Assembly (NCBI GenBank): GCA_951406725.2
Contig: OX597819.1
Coordinates: 84,010,001 to 84,074,000 of the forward strand
Length of the DNA: 64,000 nt
Source of the DNA: Octopus vulgaris
Lineage: Eukaryota
Reading direction: 5' to 3'
Position 1 is the first letter of the stretch. Every line of letters begins with the position of its first letter. The notes beneath the pieces were generated by a model that saw nothing but the letters and a program-made list of their open reading frames with translations, searched no databases and was not told the DNA's origin. Both the position numbers and the translations under genes were made by a program. Shown in pieces: positions 37,611-50,151 of the stretch.

Positions 37611-39084
37611 ATTGAAGTTTTAAGTATTTATACATTGTATTTGTTTTCACCGGTTTTTGTGTTCGTGATAGGTTAATGAATGGCATTTGCTGATTTTTGT
37701 CGATGTTTGAAATGAAACTTCGATTGAATATTTTAGTAAAACAGCATAGAATCTGAAGAAGCTAATGACATTCTGAGTCGGCAAAAAGAAATAATTTAAA
37801 CTGTAGAATAGATTTTATGCGACTGTTTGAATTTATATTTCTATTAAATATTTGGGTGACTTCTTGCAACTTCCTCTGGCAGTGAAGTCCCTTGATTTTG
37901 GTCGCTCTCCTTTGAAGAAACACCTTAGCCCTATGGTACCGGTGTAATTTAAACTTAATCCATCGGTAATTTAATTCGAACTTTATATTGTGAGCACCAA
38001 TTAAATGTTTAAACATGTAATTTTATATAACATTGGTTGTTTTCTTTTCTCTAGAATTTTTAAAGTTTAATAAGCGGAGTGAATGAATTCTTAAGCTGTC
38101 GTTATCCTAACTCATGTTTTATTTTAGAAATCGACAAACATGACTATTGTCTTTATTACCTTTGTCCATGTTTTGCAACCTTCTCCAACACGGTTTATTA
38201 TGTTGGCCTATTTTTACATACACTAACCATCACAATTTTTTAAGGCTGCACCTTATATCCAGAAATGATCATTATTCTTGCTACCCGTTGTTGAAAATAG
38301 ATCCACAGCCATCGCAATTCTGATTTCTTTTTTCATTTGGACAACTGCAGGCCTTTTTTTCCATATATTTCATTGTATCTGTATGTAATTCTCCTTCCAA
38401 GGCTGAAATATAATGCTTTTAGATTTAAACGTAGAAGCTAATAATTTATTGGAAATGCATTTTTATTGTAACTTATAGCTTATCAACCGTTAAATTTTAA
38501 TCACAATTAGACCCCCTTCCAGTTTCCGTCTGTGGCAATGGTAGATAGACCAAGATCATTGGCATTGCTCCTTTCTCCATACCTAGAAAAAAGTTGCCAT
38601 TTAGAATTTCCAAAATACGGGCGTTTAAATTTGATATCAGATGAAAATATCTTCAGCAATCATTAAAAAAAAAAGCTAATTTGTAAAAAATATTTTGTGG
38701 TATCAACTGGGTTTTGGTGGCAAAAGTAATATGAATTTTTTTTCTTGGTTAAGTTTCCAGTTAATTTCTATGGCCATTTTCAAGACAATCATCTATATTT
38801 ACTATCTTGGCAAATTAAAGAATGAACTATTTCCTATTGTTTCAGCTTGTTTCTTTGGCTAAGTACTTTCAGGCTAGGAGTTCTTTTATTTGAACATTTA
38901 ATTTCAGAAGTTCAATTCGTGAGCCTTTAGTTGGCCTTTCAATCAATATACGTGTGTATGTATGTACGTGTCTATCATTCTTATAGATTATATATCTAAG
39001 TATGTAGATAAGGTGATATAGCATATCTACATATAAATATATAACTACATATATGGATTTGCATATAGATGTTATGTGTATGTA

Positions 39085-39464
39085 TATATCACCCTTTTAA
39101 CATTCACTTTTCCATACTTGAATTCGTCAGACAAAAATTTGCTAAGGCTGATTTTCTACAGCTAGATGCTCTTTCTGTTGCCAACTCTCATTTGTTTCCA
39201 AGTAAGGTGTTTCTTCTTACCTTTCAAACACAAACGGCACACTCTGATGGAAGAATGCCCATTTGTTCATTTTTTTCGTCTGTTTTGATGCTAGTATGGG
39301 CTAAACTTACTGAGGCAATATCCTACAAGTGGATGCCCTTCCTGTTGCTAACCCTTATTTTCACATACGAGCTCTCATATGTCACATATCTTTGAAGGCA
39401 TAAAGTGATTGGATATCTTTGCAGAAGCAACAACACAACTTGAAGCAAGCATCTTTTGCACAGT

Positions 39465-39499
<35 letters not shown>

Positions 39500-40522
39500 C
39501 ATACATAATGGACTTCTTTCAGTTTCCATTTACCAAATTACAAAACCTAGGTCAACCCAGGTATATGTGTGTGTAAATCAATCACATTTCATAATTATCA
39601 TGTTTTCTGAATAAGCAAACACCTCTGCACTAGTGTATGTTACTTAAATTATAGTTGTATTAGTTTTTGAAACCAGTATCTCCTGATGCACACTCACACA
39701 TCAATATAGATGCATCACTCTCACTCTGAATCTTGAAAAGCTTATGTAAAATTTATATTACCACTGACTGCCATGTTACATAGGAGCCAAAGGGAAAATG
39801 AATTTGGGTTTGATAATTCTACATTACCACAAGGTTTTCAGGATAGCAACTGTATCACGATAGTTGGAAGCCTGAGTGTTTGTATGTATTCATTCATCTT
39901 TTTCCCTTTTGCATTCTAGCATAGTTAGATGGGGAGTTACTTGAGGCAATATTTTGTGACTAGGGGACTTTATTCTGCAGGTCTTAGAAAGCATAGAGTA
40001 ACTGGTCGTAATGCCAAAAGTGAATTTCAGATTCATTGCTGCTTTTGATTAGTTTGTGACATTCATGGAATAGCAACAGCCATGCATATTTACCTATGTT
40101 CATACACACACATGCATATATGTATACACTCAGTGTAGACAAACATACATGAATGAATATGTCCAGTCTAATGACTGAGGATTGGTGGTTTCAGCTCAGA
40201 TATTGCTATCATTTCTTACCATACATTCTGCCAGATTCCTCTTAGTCTTTGTTGCATATGGACCCATCCAATTTCTGAGGATGCAGGAGACAGAGGTTCT
40301 TGCTAACATGATCAAAATATTGCAGTTTTTGCTACCTGACCAGTGTCACCAATTTTCTTCCTGTTCTCATCTTGTCCAAGCCTGAATTGGTTGGTAGTAA
40401 AGTATTTTTCAAATACACACGACATCAGTAAAATAATTCTCAGTATATCTGTCCATTGCATACTGGTGTGGAAAAAGGATGTAGATTAAAGAAATGTCAT
40501 ATATCTATATTCACACACTCCT

Positions 40523-40578
<56 letters not shown>

Positions 40579-43575
40579 TACACTTATGCATGTATATATA
40601 TTTTATGTATATACATTGTGTATGTATTTGTATACATTTTTGAAGTTCACTTTCCCTTATTTACATGGATCAGTTTGAATTTATTGAAGCACATGCTTGC
40701 TTGTTGCTGAGCTTGATCTGTTTCCAAGTAAGGTAATATTTCCTTTTGATTAGACATCTTTTCACAGAACACTAGAAATGAATGACATTGGTTGGTTGGT
40801 GACACTAGCTTACGACTACCATGCAATATCGAAGACAAGGTGAAACACATATGTCATTGGCTTCTTTCAGTTTCCATCTCTCAAATCCACACAATATTTT
40901 GGTCTGCCCTGGGCTAAAGTAGAAGGCACTTCCTCAAGGTGTCACAGTGTGACTGAACTTGAAACCGCAAAGTTGTGAAGGAAACTTCATAATACAGCCA
41001 TTCCTACTCGCGTATTTTGTTATATGCTCATACTTATATACACGTGCGCATGTAGGTGTGTACATACATACACCCATATATATATATATATATCATCATC
41101 ATCATCATCATCATCATCGTTTAACGTCCGCTATATATATGTAATTATTTTGACATCTACTTTTCCAAGTTTATATGAGTGAGAAAGAGTTTGAAGATTT
41201 TTTATTGCTGTATGCCTTTCCTGTTGCCAACCCTCACGACTATTGAATGATGTCAGATAGAATGGGATACACACACTCTCAACTGGCTTCATTCAGTTTT
41301 CACTCACCAAATCCATTTGCAAGGCTTTGATCAGCCTGGGTCTACATTAGAAGTCGCTTGTCTGTGGTAATGGTCAGTTAGTCTTGAGTCCCAAATCACA
41401 TAGTCAAGAGGCGATCTTTTTAACTGGACAGTTTCCTGCACATTTTATATGAGGCAGTGCTTGAAAAGTTCTTGGCTTTAAGAATATCATGAAAGGCCTG
41501 GTTGGAGGCCCAATTGTCCAAGGCTTAGAAAAACTGAAGGACTGCTGCAATAAGTGTGTGAATCTGATCCTCCTGTATTTTCTTTTACCTAAATCCAGGA
41601 ACTTTTCAGCACCCCTCGTGTGCGTGTGTGTGCACAGTTAAGTTTGCCTCCCACTGCATTGGTACCTTGAGCAAATGCCTGCAATTGTAATTGTGGGTTG
41701 ACTAAATCCCTGTTAGTGTATATGCTAGGTGGCCACTGAAAGAAGCCCTTCACATATGTATGTTTAAGTTTCCTTGATAGTTGTGAGTGAATGCCACTGT
41801 CATACAAGCAATGTCATTCATTTCCAATATTCTGTGAAAATGTCTGGCCTTGGGTGAATATTATCTTGCTTGGAAAGAGGTGAAGGTTGGTGACTGGAAA
41901 TGTGTTTGGTTATAGTAAATCTGCTTTGATAAATTCAATTTGACCCATGCAAGCATGGAAAACTGGAGCTTAAATGATGGCATGAATATGTGTGTATACA
42001 CAACATATGTATTTGTGTACATGTTTGTGTATCTATATATGCTTGTGTATGTCTACCAAATTCACTCAAGTCATTGCTTGGTCCGGGGCTGTAGTGGAAG
42101 ACACCTGCTCAAGTTGCCATGCAATGGAACAGAACCAGAAACCACACGGTTTCAAAGTGAGCTTCTTAACACAGCTGTCTCTGTATATATGTATGCAGAC
42201 TTCTGTTCCACAGAGACTTGCATATTCTCTAAGTTATATGTGTATATATACTATGTCTCTATATTTTGTGTGTGTGTGGATATAAAAACATATACATGTC
42301 TGTGTGGAAATGAAGTTTACTGCATAACCAGCTTGTTTCAGATGTCATCCTGCTGTGTAGCACCGTTCAATAGTTCAGCTATTGTCATGGCATGACAAAT
42401 TCCTTGAGAGTGAAGGTGGCAACTGTGCAAGTATAGGTATTTCTTTCTGCGTGTCCTGTTAGCGATAGTGATATTATCTTCATGACTTGTGTAAAAACGC
42501 AACCCATAGCTTGGTGAACTCTACACTTAAAGACTAGTGGAATAAAATTACCTTGACAAATGTTTGCATTGGAAAGACATCCTGCAGTAGAATACTTTGA
42601 CAAGTCTTGCCCAGCCCATGCAAACTTGAGAAAAGCTGGCATAAACAGGTGCACAATATAATACATGTGCTCACATGAGTCAGATGACATTTGTGGAAGT
42701 GGATTTTCTAGGCTGGTTGCTCTCCCTATTGCCCACACACACAATATGTTTGTTTTCCTGTTACCTCATCCTCAAAGGACCTGTGTATGTGTGTGTGCAT
42801 TTGCACATGCTCACACACATCCAAAGTACAAGGCATGGGTCTGTGTTGAAGTTCATATTGAAACTATGTGGCTTTAGGTTCAGTGCACCACAGTGCTGTG
42901 CCTTGGTGCAAATGTCATCTACTGTAACCCCGGGATTTGGTAGACAAACTAAAAGAACACCTGCATAAACAGGCACACCCACACATGCTGTTATATTTAA
43001 TATTACATGCACATATGTGTGTGTATGTAGTATATGTGTTATAGACCTTATCGAATGGTTGGTGTTCGGAAGGGCATGTAGCCACAGAAACCAATCCTAG
43101 ATTGAGGCATTGGAAATGTAATCTGCTGACCTGTCAAATCATTTAACCTATACAGCATGGAAAAAAGCAAACATAAAATGTGTATATTGCATGTACATTT
43201 GTGTGTGCCATAAGGCCTGGCTATGTAATTAAGAAATTCACTTCACAATCATGTAGTGTCAGGGTCAGTTCTGAAAATTGAAAGAGCCCCATTGTGCATG
43301 TTTATACGAGTTGTGTATATCCATATCTTTTCTTGAGATCATGTGCTAATTGTGAACGGACGTCACCCTCGTACAAGTGGGTGTCGTTTGTTTGCAATCT
43401 TCCATAAAAACATGTCTGGTCGTTATGACATTTGTGTTTGAAGGACTAAAGGAAATATTCTTTTGCTCAGAAACTGGTGAGGGTTGGCAACAGGAAGAGC
43501 ATCCTCTCTGTGAAAAATCTGTCTCAGCGAATTTCATGTGACCCATGCTGGCATGGAAATCTGAACGTTAAGATA
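39085..43575. mobile_element. Dense cluster of decayed SINEs (family 1 heads with RTE-type tails) in both orientations
   Basis: Repeated ggatgcccttcctgttgccaacc / ggttggcaacaggaagagcatcc, ttccaagtaaggtaatatt and ttctttcagtttccatc motifs. Minus copies at ~39100, 39330, 40650-40990, 41150-41430, 42040-42180 and 42700. Plus copies at ~41640-41980, 42530-42650, 42860, 43050 and 43350-43570. Confidence 0.8.
41450..41618. mobile_element. mariner-derived MITE (~170 bp)
   Basis: TIRs TGAGGCAGTGCTTGAAAAGTTCTTGG / CCAGGAACTTTTCAGCACCCCTCG, TA on the left. The interior retains a LEKLKDCCNKCVNL-like transposase tail. Confidence 0.75.
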
Positions 43576-44519
43576 GCAGTGTTATCTATCTGTGTGTATA
43601 ATAAGAAACATAGACATGTTTTCGCATACTTTTTCATTGCTGGAATGGTCTGGAGCGAGACCTCTTTTGGCAGTAATTCTATGGTTGGTGCCAACCCTTA
43701 CTTGATTTTCATTTGTACCTTATTCCACGTCTCTCTGTTTAATTACTGCATTTCAAAATTGAGCAGTTTCTCTCTTACTGAGAACTATGATTCTTAGACA
43801 AGGAATAACCTGTTGGTATATATTTCAAAACTCTTCCTTTTGCCATCATCATTGCTTCCCTTCTATTGTCTATACGTATTCTCGCAATTTTCCCTCCAAC
43901 TTGGGTATATATATATTTCCATCTTTTCTTCATTTCCCATCTTCTCCATGCTGACATTTGGATACCATTTAGAAATTTCTATGATTCGTTCCTTCATTCT
44001 CTAGTACTTCTGTTATCTCAGATTCCCTCTTAGAAAAAAAATTATCTTCACTGCTTCTCTCTTAATGATCTTTCACCCTTTCTCACAGTTTCTATCACTA
44101 TTTCACGGTTGTCTCATCCCGAGTGTCTCTCTCTCTCTCTCTCTCTGTCTCTTGCTGGCTGAGACATGCAGTCGGGCGAGATGACAGTTTGCTCGTTCTT
44201 TCTCTCTCCTCTCTTCCACATCTCTTTGCACAGTCACTATTTTCGCCATCTACATTCCTATAGCGTGACAGAAAGAGGGTAACCAGTAAACAAAAGCGAC
44301 ACGTGACTTGACCATAGACTCTTATCAATACATCTACATACGTACATGCATATGTACATTCGTTCACTCATTTATTAAAAAATTGAAGCATTTTGCACTG
44401 TTTAACTAATTTATAAGTACCAGACTGAAATATATTCCCTGGTAAATGTGAATGACTAAAACCTTACAGACGGTGACCCAGCATAGACACTGTCCAAGGA
44501 CTGAAAACAGTAAATTAAT

Positions 44520-44562
<43 letters not shown>

Positions 44563-44879
44563 CACCATCATATATATACATACACACAATACTGCCCTAT
44601 AACTTAGTGTGCTTCCTATTTGGATTTAAGTTTTACTGACGATATATGTTGTATATACATATGCGCGCGTGTGTGTACATTCTAGACAGCAAATTGGCAG
44701 AATCATTAGGGTTCAGAAAGAATACCTTGTTATTTGTAACATCTCGGGGTTCCCTCGACAATATATGGATATTGGTATGTGAGTGCGCGCGCTCTTAATA
44801 TATATTTATATAATCAAGCATATATGCGTATCTATGTATGTCTATACATGTGTATACACACGCAAGTGTGTGTATATAT

Positions 44880-45062
44880 TCTTTTACTTTTTTCAGTCTT
44901 GACTGCGGTCATGCTGGAGCACCGCCTTTAGTCGTACAGATCGACCCCAGGACTTATTCTTTGTAAGCCTAGTACTCAATTTATCGGTCTCTTTTGCCGA
45001 ACGGGGACATAAACACACCAGTATCGATTGTCAAGCGATGGTAGGGGTGGGGCAAACACACG

Positions 45063-45094
<32 letters not shown>

Positions 45095-45233
45095 CGTACA
45101 CACGATGGGCTTCTTTCAGTTTCCATCTACCAAATCCACTCACAAGGCTTTGGTCGGCCTGAGGCTATAGTAGAAGACGCTTGCCCAAGGTGTCACGCAG
45201 TGGGACCGAACCCAGAGCCATGTGTTTGGGAAG

Positions 45234-45235
<2 letters not shown>
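44880..45235 (-). mobile_element. SINE family 1, near full length, little decayed
   Basis: Reverse complement of 10460-10820, with CpGs largely retained. Confidence 0.9.
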
Positions 45236-45271
<36 letters not shown>

Positions 45272-45704
45272 GCACACACACACACACACACATATATATG
45301 CATATATGATTTGCCTTATTTTGGGCCCTCAACTCCTGATAGTTGTAGGGATGCCATCATGGCAAGTATCTTGTCTATTTTTTTAGACCTGACAGAGACC
45401 ATTGCTCCCCACTTCTGTCCGTTGTAAATTTTGCCTGGAGAGGCTCTGGCAGGATTGGTATTTTATTTATAGACACTGAATGGGTGGAAAGAAAAATTGA
45501 ATTCTTTGGTATTTGAACTGAGAGTGCAGAGATCCGGAACGAATAACATAAGGCAGTCTGACATTCTAATGACTTTGCTAGTTCCTTGCCTTCTATGTTT
45601 ATGTGCGTGTGTCTTCTGTCTCCATGTCGGTTTTTTTTTTCCTGCTGGCATGGGTTAGATGAATATATTAGTGAGGATGTTTCTCGGTTAAGGATTACAA
45701 TATT

Positions 45705-46165
45705 CATCCATCCGCCTGTCCATCCATCTTCTCCATTTGTCTTTTCATCTATCCGTGCCTCCATCTGTCTTTTCATCGATCCGTCTGTCTGCATTCATCC
45801 ATCCTTCATACCTAGTCATCCAATCTATTCATTTGTCTTTTCCTCCATCCACCAGTTAGCCTTTTCATCCATTTATCCCTCTCTAACCACCTGTCTTTAA
45901 TCCATTCATTCATGTCTTTTCATCTATCCACCCATCAATTAGACTCTCTCTTTATTTATCAATCCATCTGTGAATCCATTCGTCCGTCTATCAGTCCATC
46001 CACTTGTTTGTTTATCCATCTAACCATTCTTACGTTTATCTGTTACTCCGTCCTTTCAACCACCCGTCCGTCTGTTGTCTACCCGTCCATCCATTTGACC
46101 GTCTGTCAGTCTACCCATGTATCCGTCTTTGTATGCAGGCATGCATGCATCAATCCATCTCTCTC
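45705..46165. repeat. Degenerate (TCCA/TCCG/TCTG)n tetranucleotide tract
   Basis: catccatccgcctgtccatccatc...atccgtctgtc...catccatttgaccgtctgtc. Confidence 0.8.
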
Positions 46166-46979
46166 GTGTGTGTGTTAGACTTTCCTTTTTTTTTTCACTT
46201 CAATAGTAGTTTATATAGTTTTCTGTTGTCAGCTTATTGATAATAGTACTTTTAACACTTACAAGTTAAGCCTCTTAATTATTTACCATTAGTTGCTACT
46301 ATCGCTTCTAAATTAAAATTTTTCAATCAAATTTCTTAATTTCTTATATAATGTTTTATTGTTTCTGTGAATGAAATGGAAAGCTATTTTTTTAAAAAAT
46401 ATTAATAATACGTATCACGTTCACCTTGCGGATAGTATTGTGTTTGGATCAGTAATCCTATTTAAAAAATGAATTTAAGAATTAGTTTACTTCGAATCAA
46501 TAATAGTATGTATTTTAACCTGATATTTTACTTATTTTGTTTCAATGGCAAAGGATTCTTTCCTAAAATTTCTCTTCGATTCAAGTGCTTTTCCCTTCCA
46601 AGTTCGTTTCATTTTTTTTAATACAAACATTTCATTGCACTGAATAGCCTCTTGCATCCTTTTTTTGCTGCTCCAAAACGGACACTTTCCTTTCCAGTGT
46701 ACCAACCGTCATCATACTCTTCTGTGTTTGTCTCCCCTCTTCTGCCTCGTCTTATTTAATTCTAACCATAATTTGAGAGCATTTTAAATTTAAAAGCAAC
46801 AAGAATAAAAATAAAAAAATATATATCCCAATGTATTTCTACATTTATATCATTTTTGCCCTCTTCTCTTTGGTGTACATTGCTGTAATGACTAGTGTTG
46901 AAGGAAGAGGTTTCATATACTGCTCAGTTAGCGAACAGGGGTTCGCTCGCTAATTGCATTGCCCTCTTCATTTAATGCT

Positions 46980-47200
46980 GTTCACTGCTATTTCTATTGC
47001 ATTTTTCAGTTAGTCATGTTCACTAATATTTGTTTTGCATTTTTCAAATTAGTCATGTTCACTCTTATTTCTCTTACATTTTTTCAATTAGTCATGTTCA
47101 TTGCTATCTCTGTCACTCCGTTCAGTTTGTCCTATTCACTCTATCTATTTGCATCCTTCATTTTAGACCTGTTCACTATTTCTTTTGCATTTTTCATCAT
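46980..47200 (+). repeat. ~39-bp minisatellite, ~5 copies
   Basis: Units gttcactgctatttctattgcatttttcagttagtcat / gttcactaatatttgttttgcatttttcaaattagtcat / gttcactcttatttctcttacattttttcaattagtcat, then decaying. Confidence 0.85.
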
Positions 47201-49540
47201 TATTTCTATTCGATTATTTTCATGGTTTTGCTATTTTAAATGAAATGCATTTTCTAAGATGTTTTTTTAAAAATAACTATCAAGACAGTTTTGTATGCTC
47301 GCTATCGAAGCCAACTAAAAATTATAATTAATATAAAAATTGAACATTAGTGATATTTTTTTTTCATTTTATACTGTTGTCCCACCAATCTTTTCTAAGT
47401 TTTGTTTCACACACATCCTTAGTAGGCGGGTATAGCCTCTTGCTTAGGCTATTAGACCGCCACATCGTCATCTTCCATGCCTTTTTTTTTTATTTTATAG
47501 AGAAAGAGCGGAATGTTTGTGGCTAAACTAGAAAGTATAGAAGGAACATGCAGTAGTGTAGCAGTAGAAGTCTTTCTGGGAGAGATTGTGGCTGTGTACA
47601 GTGGTGGTGAGATAGTAAGATTATCATGATAGTAGGGGTAGAACTAATTATGAAGGTTGAAATGCTGCTGCTGCTGCTGGCAGTAGTAATCGTAGTAAGG
47701 TGAGAGGTAGTAGTAGTTGGACCGCTGTTAGCTTTATGTTGACCCAAATATTTGTCAGACTGTTTCTGCTGCTAACACACACACACACACAACTCACCAG
47801 TTTCTGTTGCTGCAACTACTATCGTTCAACCAACCAACCCCTCTTTCATGTTTAGACCACTCACTCAAACACACCTACTACTACTACTTCTCTCTTTAAA
47901 ACTACTATCGACCTGCCTATGTATTTATACTGGTAACATCTCTCTTTCTCTCAGTAAATATGCTGGTACCTTCTCTCTTTTAGTGAATATGCTGGTTTCT
48001 TTCCCCACTCTCAGTTCATATGCTGGGCTTTCTCAGTTTATATACTGATACTTCTCTCTCTCTCTTTCCTGTGCTGCTTACCTTTTCTCTCTCCCTCTCT
48101 CTGTCTATTTGCTGGTCTCTCCTCGCAGTCTATATACTGGTGTCTCTCCCCTCTCTCTCTTTTTGTTGGTTTTCCCTCTCTCCCCCTCTTAATCTATGCT
48201 GCTTTCTCTCTCTCACTCACTCTCACTCTCTCTCTCTCTCTCACTATATACTGCTCTCTTTTTTTCTATCTCTGTCTATTTGCTCTTCTCTCTCCCCCAG
48301 CAGTCTACATGTTGGTTACCTCTCTCTCTCTCAGATTTACTTATTCCTCTGCGCTGAAATGTTTATTGCAATTTCAACTCATTACTAACACCAAGTTCCT
48401 ACTATATTTAGCATTATATTTCTACCATGACCACTGCTACCCCCTTGTCGCCACTAGTTGAAATAAATGTTAATATTATTACTGTTATGACTTTTATAAA
48501 TGTCGTTCTTCATTCTCTTGCTAATAAACAGTACTCGTTTATATAATTTTCTTAATTATAAATTATTGGCTATTTATAATTACTAAAACATGGATTTGCT
48601 TTATAGCAGTTTTCCAGATGACAATTTTTGTGTAGTTTGTGTATAGTTTGATAGGCGTTTAATCAGTGGACAGATACAAAACAAGAGGACGTAGTTTGCA
48701 CTTAAATAGCTATTATTATTATTATTATCATCATCATCAGTGGGCAGGTACCACTGTTTCCTCAGAATTTTGAGTCCAAAGCTTCAAAGATACGGAATTG
48801 TTTCACGATGCTATAACACCTTTGCGAAAGGCGTTCAGTATTATTTCAATACTGCATTTTCTGTTTCTCCGTTATTATGTGGAGGCAATTTGCTCCCCTC
48901 TCTCCACAAATTAGTCAAGGTCGTTCTGATGAAACCTACGTCAATAAAATTCATATATATATATCGAAATAGTTTAAATCCATTTTAAGGATGTTCAAAA
49001 ATTATTTATAAATGAATTTTATTTTGAAATTCAGTCTGGCTGGGGCGTAGCATGAACCAGGAAAAAAAATCTATTTTGCTTTTAGTTAGTTGGCTGTGAG
49101 GGCTACGTTTTTGTCAAATTTCTAGCTTGCTGTATCCTATAGTTCGCTTTGTTTCGTATTAATTAAATCTTTGAAATATTCTTAGATATGACACATTCAT
49201 TCATGTAGAATGTTTTTTTAAAAATTAGTCAATTATATATAATATACTAATACACACACACACACACACAAATTTAAGCAACATCGTAGCTGGCTTTAAT
49301 TATTCTGTTAATCTGTTTCATTATTAAATTAATGTTGAATGTATGTTTGAAAATTTATTTTAAAAAATAGCTAAATGTTTCTTTTCATTTCCCCCTTAAA
49401 ATGTTTTGTTGGTTTAAAAGAAGAAAATTGGAGCGACAACCAGTTTACTTACACGAGACACTTGTATGCATGTCCACCTACATACTACGATATTAAAGTG
49501 TTATAAATGTTAGATCTTCATAATTCTTTTTTTCTTTCAG

Positions 49541-50151
49541 ATTCAAATGATCTGAACACGAATATTTTTTGTAAATCAAGATGAAATTCTTTCAAGTTAA
49601 CAGTATATTTCGTGATGTAAAAGCTACATATGATACACGCACACACACACGCAAACATATACGCACACACATTAACAACACATTGTCATTTATATGCATT
49701 TGTAAATTCTAAACTCGAGAGTATTTGTGTTACGAAATTATATCTTCCCCAAATATTATACTCTGGTTTGTATTTAATCTTCTGACAGTAATTTTCAAGG
49801 ATGCAGACCCTGCTATGTGTGATTTATCTTTATAGTGTGCAGATTACGGTGCTGTTTATGCAGTTAGGCCGTGGAGACGACCGTGCCGTGTACAGACCGT
49901 CAATTTGTCCCTTGCGTCGGGGTCTGACATGAAACGCTTTCCCCCAAGGTGTACCTTGCTTGACTATGGTTAGAGGTGGGTCAGCGGCGTACATCCACAA
50001 GCTGCAGGAATCCACTTCTACTGCTGAATTTCGGCTGATAGTTTTTACTTGACGGTGCAGGGTTAGTACATGACTGTGTTTTGCTAGTGTGTGATCTGTA
50101 TGTGGTTTTTAATAGTTGTTCAGCTGACTTTGTACTATAATGAACGTTTTG
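49541..50151 (+). other. Candidate 5' exon of the SERTA gene (internal exon or alternative first exon)
   Basis: Strong acceptor ttctttttttctttcag| at 49540, CpG-rich unique core 49840-50060, and donor TTG|GTAAGT at 50151/50152. Confidence 0.45.

Noticed and set aside
46980-47200. CRISPR-like periodicity
   Set aside because: Whole units are similar with no unique spacers, there are no cas genes, and the context is eukaryotic.
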